The position numbers were made by a program, and so were the translations under genes. A stretch of DNA of 64,000 bases from Eledone cirrhosa. Its lineage: Eukaryota. The notes beneath the pieces are model-generated. The model saw only the letters and a program-made list of their open reading frames with translations, searched no databases and was not told the DNA's origin. Location of the stretch: assembly GCA_964016885.1 (NCBI GenBank), contig OZ024764.1, forward strand, positions 14,384,001-14,448,000, given 5' to 3'. Positions 57,833 to 64,000 of the stretch are shown piece after piece (the first letter of the stretch is position 1; the number at the start of each line of letters is the position of its first letter).

Positions 57833-58919
57833 TTCACCCTTTAGTATTTACATTACTCTATATATACTATTGTATTTTCACAGTAAAGGCTTTACCTCAC
57901 ATAATATCTCACATACCATTTACATTTCTCTATATTTACTATTGTATTTTCACAGTAAAGGCTTTACCTCACATAATATCTCACATACCATTTACATTTC
58001 TCTATATTTACTATTGTATTTTCACAGTAAAGGCTTTACCTCACATAATATCTCGCATAACATTTACATTTCTCTATATTTACTATTGTATTTTCACAGT
58101 AAAGGCTTTACCTCACATAATATCTCACATAACATTTACATTACTCTATATATACTATTGTATTTTCACAGTAAAGGCTTTACCTCACATAATACCTCAC
58201 ATAACATTTACATTACTCTATATATACTATTGTATTGTCACAGTAAAGGCTTTACCTCACATAATATCTCACATAACATTTACATTACTCTATATATACT
58301 ATTGTATTTTCACAGTAAAGGCTTTACCTCACATAATATCTCACATAACATTTACATTACTCTATATATACTATTGTATTTTCACAGTAAAGGCTTTACC
58401 TCACATAATATCTCACATAACATTTACATTACTCTATATATACTATTGTATTGTCACAGTAAAGGCTTTATCTCACATAATATCTCACATAACATTTACA
58501 TTACTCTATATATACTATTGTATTTTCACAGTAAAGGCTTTACCTCACATAATACCTCACATAACATTTACATTACTCTATATATACTATTGTATTGTCA
58601 CAGTAAAGGCTTTACCTCACATAATATCTCACATAACATTTACATTACTCTATATATACTATTGTATTTTCACAGTAAAGGCTTTACCTCACATAATATC
58701 TCACATAACATTTACATTACTCTATATCTACTATTGTATTTTCACAGTAAAGGCTTTACTTTACATAATTATTCACACCGAATCTATGAAATTTTGATGA
58801 TATTTACTTTAAAAACAATACCTTGACATCAGTATGAGTGGCTAGATATGGTCAGTTTGAACAGAAAGAAGTGAGAGAATTTTGGTCAGATATGGCCGGT
58901 TTAAATGCTAAAGGGTTAA
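57833..58919. mobile_element. piggyBac-like MITE expanded by an internal 72-bp tandem array (about 57845-58770)
   Basis: ccctttagtattta start, aaatgctaaagggTTAA end; unit matches the 5' interior of 42804-43029. Confidence 0.8.
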
Positions 58920-59174
58920 CATATGGTTCTTATATAAAATTATGTTGGAAGATTTAAATTTAAACTGATACACTGTATTTTAGTTAATTTATGAAGAATT
59001 TTGGGGGATTTACTTAAATTATTATTTCATTACCAAGACAGTAACTTAATATATAGTTCTTATATAGAATTATGTTGGTAGATTTTAATTTAAATAGGAA
59101 CACTGTATTTGAATTAATGAAGAATTTTGAAAGATTTACTAAAATTATTAATTATTTCATTACTAAGCTAGTAG

Positions 59175-59393
59175 CTAACCCTTTAGCATTTACATTACTT
59201 TATACATACTATTGTAATTTCATGGTATAGGCTTTAACTTACATAATTATTTCACATAATGTTGAATCTATGCGATTTTGATACTATATATTTTGAGAAC
59301 AATACCTACACATCAGTATGAGTGGCCAGTTTGAACAGAAAGAGGTGAGAACATTCTGGCCAGATATGGCTAGTTTAGATGCTTAAGGGTTAA
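59175..59393. mobile_element. piggyBac-like MITE
   Basis: taaccctttagcattta ... atgcttaagggTTAA. Confidence 0.78.
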
Positions 59394-59880
59394 CACATGG
59401 TTTAAATTTAAAGGAAACACTGTATTTCAATTAAGTAATGAGAAATTTTTGAGGAATTTATTTTAAGATAGTAACTTAATATATAGTCCTTATATAAAAT
59501 TATGTTGGTAGATATTAATTTATATAGGAACACTGTATTTTAGTTAATGAAGAAATTTTAAAGATTTATTAAAATTATTAATTACTTCATTACTAGCACA
59601 ACTTAGCACATGATTTAAACGGATTTTTTTTAAATTCACATACCACCATTGCGAAACGGATTTGGGTTTCGAGGTTCAAATTCGTCTACAGAACAGGTTT
59701 GGATTTTGAAATTTAAATCTGTCCAGGAATCATGGCAGTTGCCAATATAAGCTTGTCTTTATTGACTAATATCGAGACAGACAAATTGTAGTCACTTTAA
59801 ATAGTTTATTTCATTAATAGCTGACTGTCTGTTGCAATGCAAACACGTTTTGTGTTTATCATATATTTTAATGTATTTTA

Positions 59881-59924
<44 letters not shown>

Positions 59925-59932
<8 letters not shown>

Positions 59933-60009
59933 AGATCAAAAGATGGTTAAAAGAGTTCCAAGGATAAAATACTTGGAACTCTTTTAACCATCTTTTGATC
60001 TTATATTAT
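59925..60009. repeat. 38-bp perfect inverted repeat, 9-nt spacer, in a TA-flanked insert (to about 60092)
   Basis: ataatataagatcaaaagatggttaaaagagttccaag / cttggaactcttttaaccatcttttgatcttatattat. Confidence 0.9.
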
Positions 60010-60090
60010 TTATACTCCAGTCCTATAAACTGTGGAGTGCTACTTATCCGATATTTGCATTGCTTTATTGTGCTACAATAAAACTCACCT

Positions 60091-60156
<66 letters not shown>

Positions 60157-60157
<1 letters not shown>

Positions 60158-60335
60158 GTAGGTCCCGGGTTGAGTCGGGGATAACCACAGTAAGTAAGGT
60201 ACTCAATACATGGCAGAGTAAAATTTTTTTATTTTATAGAAGGAGCTTCTACAGGACTAGTACTGTTTCATTCATTCTTGAAGATTTCATCTGAATGAAA
60301 CAGTACTAGTTCTGTAGAAGCTCCTTCTATAAAAT

Positions 60336-60340
<5 letters not shown>
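60157..60340. mobile_element. Fold-back element family H3 in (TA)n
   Basis: Arms about 60226-60274 / 60292-60340; tTGAAGA tttcatctgaat GAAAC a GTA. Confidence 0.65.
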
Positions 60341-60378
<38 letters not shown>

Positions 60379-60612
60379 TCAACATTTAACGTCTATCTTC
60401 CATCATCATTTTACGTCCTCTGTGTGTATATATGTATATATATATAATGTATATATGTATGTATGTGTATATGTATATAAACACATGTATATCTGTCCCC
60501 AACCATCCCGCTATACATGTATATCTCAAGAGTTGACAAACAACCTTTTGTTTCAGCTGAGTTTATAATTTGTTGTTGGTTGTTGTTATAGTTTTTATAG
60601 AGTACAGGATTG

Positions 60613-61028
60613 GTGTTGTGTGGTGTGGTGTGGTGTGGTGTGGTGTGGTGTAGTGTAGTGTGGTGTAGTGTGGTGCTTAGAGGTGTGGTGTAGTGTGGTG
60701 TGGTGCTTAGAGGTGTAGTGTGGTGTGGTGTAGTGTGGTGTGGTGTGGTGTGGTGTGGTGTGGTGTAGTGTAGTGTGGTGTGGTGTGGTGTGGTGTGGTG
60801 CTTAGAGGTGTGGTGTGGTGTAGTGTAGTGTGGTGTGGTGCTTAGAGGTGTAGTGTGGTGTAGTGTAGTGTGGTGTGTTGTGGTGTGATGTAGTGTGGTG
60901 TAGTGTACTGTAGTGTGTAGTGGTGTAGTGTAGTGCATGGTGGTGTAGTGTAGTGTAGTGTGGTGCATAGTGGTGTAGTGTGGTGTGATGTAGTGTGTTA
61001 TGGTGAGGTGTAGTGTAGTGTGGTGTGG
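60613..61028. repeat. (GTGTG/GTGTA)n pentanucleotide repeat
   Basis: Direct reading. Confidence 0.92.
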
Positions 61029-61229
61029 TCTTGTGTTGTACAACGGTATAATATGGTGTCAGTAATTAACATAAACTATAGGGTTCTTCTTATGCAAACC
61101 ATATCAATCACAAATTGTGCATATTTGTTCATATATCCAGTAATCCTGGTATATATGACATACCAAGTGTCGGTAATCAACATAAACTATAGGGTTTCTC
61201 TTATGCTGGACTCCAGATATTAAATACAT

Positions 61230-62535
61230 TCAATGAATGTCTGATAATGTTGGCCATGTTTGATATGTTTCGTAATATTTGATGAATGTCTGATGATGTT
61301 GGTAATGTTTAGTTATGTCTGATAATGTTGGCCATGTTTGATAACGTTTTGTAATATTTGATGAATGTCTGATGATGTTGGTAATGTTTAGTTATGTCTG
61401 ATAATATTGGCCATGTTTGATAATGTTTTGTAATATTTGATGAATGTCTGATGATGTTGGTAATGTTTAGTTATGTCTGATAATGTTGGCCATGTTTGAT
61501 AACGTTTTGTAATATTTGATGAATGTCTGATGATGTTGGTAATGTTTAGTTATGTCTGATAATGTTGGCCATGTTTGATAACGTTTTGTAATATTTGATG
61601 AATGTCTGATGATGTTGGTAATGTTTAGTTATGTCTGATAATATTGGCCATGTTTGATAATGTTTCGTAATATTTGATGAATGTCTGATGATGTTGGTAA
61701 TGTTTAGTTATGTCTGATAATGTTGGCCATGTTTGATAACGTTTTGTAATATTTGATGAATCTCTGATGATGTTGGTAATGTTTAGTTATGTCTGATAAT
61801 GTTGGCCATGTTTGATAACGTTTTGTAATATTTGATGAATGTCTGATGATGTTGGTAATGTTTAGTTATGTCTGATAATATTGGCCATGTTTGATAATGT
61901 TTCGTAATATTTGATGAATGTCTGATGATGTTGGTAATGTTTAGTTATGTCTGATAATGTTGGCCATGTTTGATAACGTTTTGTAATATTTGATGAATGT
62001 CTGATGATGTTGGTAATGTTTAGTTATGTCTGATAATGTTGGCCATGTTTGATAATGTTTCGTAATATTTGATGAATGTCTGATGATGTTGGTAATGTTT
62101 AGTTATGTCTGATAATGTTGGCCATGTTTGATAACGTTTTGTAATATTTGATGAATGTCTGATGATGTTGGTAATGTTTAGTTATGTCTGATAATATTGG
62201 CCATGTTTGATAATGTTTCGTAATATTTGATGAATGTCTGATGATGTTGGTAATGTTTAGTTATGTCTGATGTTGGTCATGTTTGATAATGTTTTGTAAT
62301 ATTTGATGAATGTCTGATGATGTTGGTAATGTTTAGTTATGTCTGATAATATTGGCCATGTTTGATAATGTTTCGTAATATTTGATGAATGTCTGATGAT
62401 GTTGGTAATGTTTAGTTATGTCTGATAATGTTGGCCATGTTTGATAATGTTTGGTAATATTTGATGAATGTCTGATGATGTTGGTAATGTTTAGTTATGT
62501 CTGATGTTGGTCATGTTTGATAATGTTTTGTAATA
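61230..62535. repeat. 79-bp minisatellite (about 16 copies) built from about 20-nt subrepeats
   Basis: gtaatatttg at 61351, 61430 and onward; subunits atgtctgatRatgttgg. Confidence 0.93.
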
Positions 62536-62544
62536 CACACACAC

Positions 62545-62770
62545 ACATACACATATACACACACACATGCAGACATATCCACACAGACTGACACACACAC
62601 ACACACACATGCAGACATATCCACACAGACTGACACACACACACACACACATGCAGACATATCCACACAGACTGACACACACACACACACACATGCAGAC
62701 ATATCCACACAGACTGACACACACACACACACACATGCAGACATATCCACACAGACTGACACACATACAT
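62545..62770. repeat. 42-bp CA-rich minisatellite
   Basis: atgcagacatatccacacagactg + (AC)n, 5 copies. Confidence 0.9.
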
Positions 62771-63209
62771 ACTCACACACATATCTACAAATGTCAAAAT
62801 ACAGTTCTTGACATTATGTAAAGAGGCACCCTCCCTTTCTCTCTCTCTCTATCTGCCCCTCTCACTCCCTCACCCCACCCCTCACTCTATCTCTCCATCA
62901 GCACTCACATAGTGTTGTTGTTGTTGTTGTTGTTGTTGACTCATTTGCTCACACCCCCTCTCTAGATATATATGTATATATGTGTATGTATATATATATA
63001 TGCATGTATGTGTGTGTGTGTGTGTATATATATATGCATGTGTGTGTATGTATATATATATATGCATGTGTGTGTATATATATATATGCATGTATGTGTG
63101 TGTATATATATATATGCATATATGTGTGTGTATGTGTATATATATATATATATATGCATATGTGTGTATGTATATATTATATCTATATATATATATATGC
63201 ATATGTGTT

Positions 63210-63249
<40 letters not shown>

Positions 63250-63252
63250 TGC

Positions 63253-63295
<43 letters not shown>

Positions 63296-63311
63296 TGCAT
63301 GCATATGTATG

Positions 63312-63355
<44 letters not shown>

Positions 63356-63388
63356 TATATGCGTGTATATATATATATATTTATATAT

Positions 63389-63428
<40 letters not shown>

Positions 63429-63491
63429 GCATATATGTACATATATATATATATATATATATATACATACATACATATATATATATATATT

Positions 63492-63524
<33 letters not shown>

Positions 63525-63782
63525 ATGTGTGTGTGTTCACCAGCTGACTGCTCCCAACACCCCCAAACCCCACCCCACCAGTCACACCAGTTGTAAAACC
63601 TGCTTCACCAGTCTGCCAGTTTTAAAACACTTGACTATTTCAATAATAACCAATCTTTCTATTTGAAAATGTTTGCTAACAAAATACACTAATTTTTTAA
63701 ACTAACGAACTGCACTGGTTAGTCATTAGAGCTGTGGGATGGAATTTTTGTAGTGTCGGCCTTGGTGTTGGTCTTCCCTGCA

Positions 63783-64000
63783 ATCATCATCATCGTTTAA
63801 CGTCCGTGTGCCACGCTTGCATGGGTTTGGACGGGAGTTTTCCCACTTGAGGCAAGAGTGGTTGTCCTGCTCGTACAGGACTGTCTGGCGGGTTTTCTAC
63901 GGCTGGATGCCCTTCCTAACACCAACCACATTTGCAGTGTGGGGCTGGGAGGTTTTTACCGTGTTGCCTACATGGCCACATTACAGCGTGGACTGTCTGG
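63783..64000 (-). mobile_element. Retroposon 3' end with RTE-type tail (same family as 25680-26458)
   Basis: catcatcatcgtttaacgtcc...gctggatgcccttcctaacaccaacc plus one 48-bp unit. Confidence 0.7.

Noticed and set aside
61230-62535. Tandem CTGATGA suggesting a retrozyme array or C/D boxes
   Set aside because: No GAAA box or supporting helices; the motif derives from a 20-nt subrepeat.

Overview
Eukaryotic, extremely repeat-rich DNA. The SINE/RTE repertoire suggests an octopus or other coleoid cephalopod (inference). Nearly all ORFs in the supplied track are artefacts of micro- and minisatellites. The only convincing host coding sequence is a 112-nt exon absent from the ORF track (46981-47092, MAANPKPSGLKIPSKIAKP...), which resembles the N-terminus of CLIP-170/CLIP1, so much of the window is probably intronic. 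The rest comprises two large 51-bp satellite arrays, several minisatellites amplified from pieces of interspersed repeats, two tRNA-derived SINE families (one sharing its tail with RTE LINEs), RTE and CR1/L2-like LINE fragments, mariner and maT remnants, and TTAA-flanked piggyBac-like MITEs. The most striking signal is at least four families of short non-coding fold-back (inverted-repeat) elements sitting in or beside (TA)n tracts that carry hammerhead ribozyme motifs. Complete type I folds are at 23082-23148, 36372-36433, 36566-36627 and 43176-43233, with half or degenerate cores elsewhere. They look like non-autonomous Penelope-like pLTR insertions. Coordinates were read by eye and may be off by a few bases.
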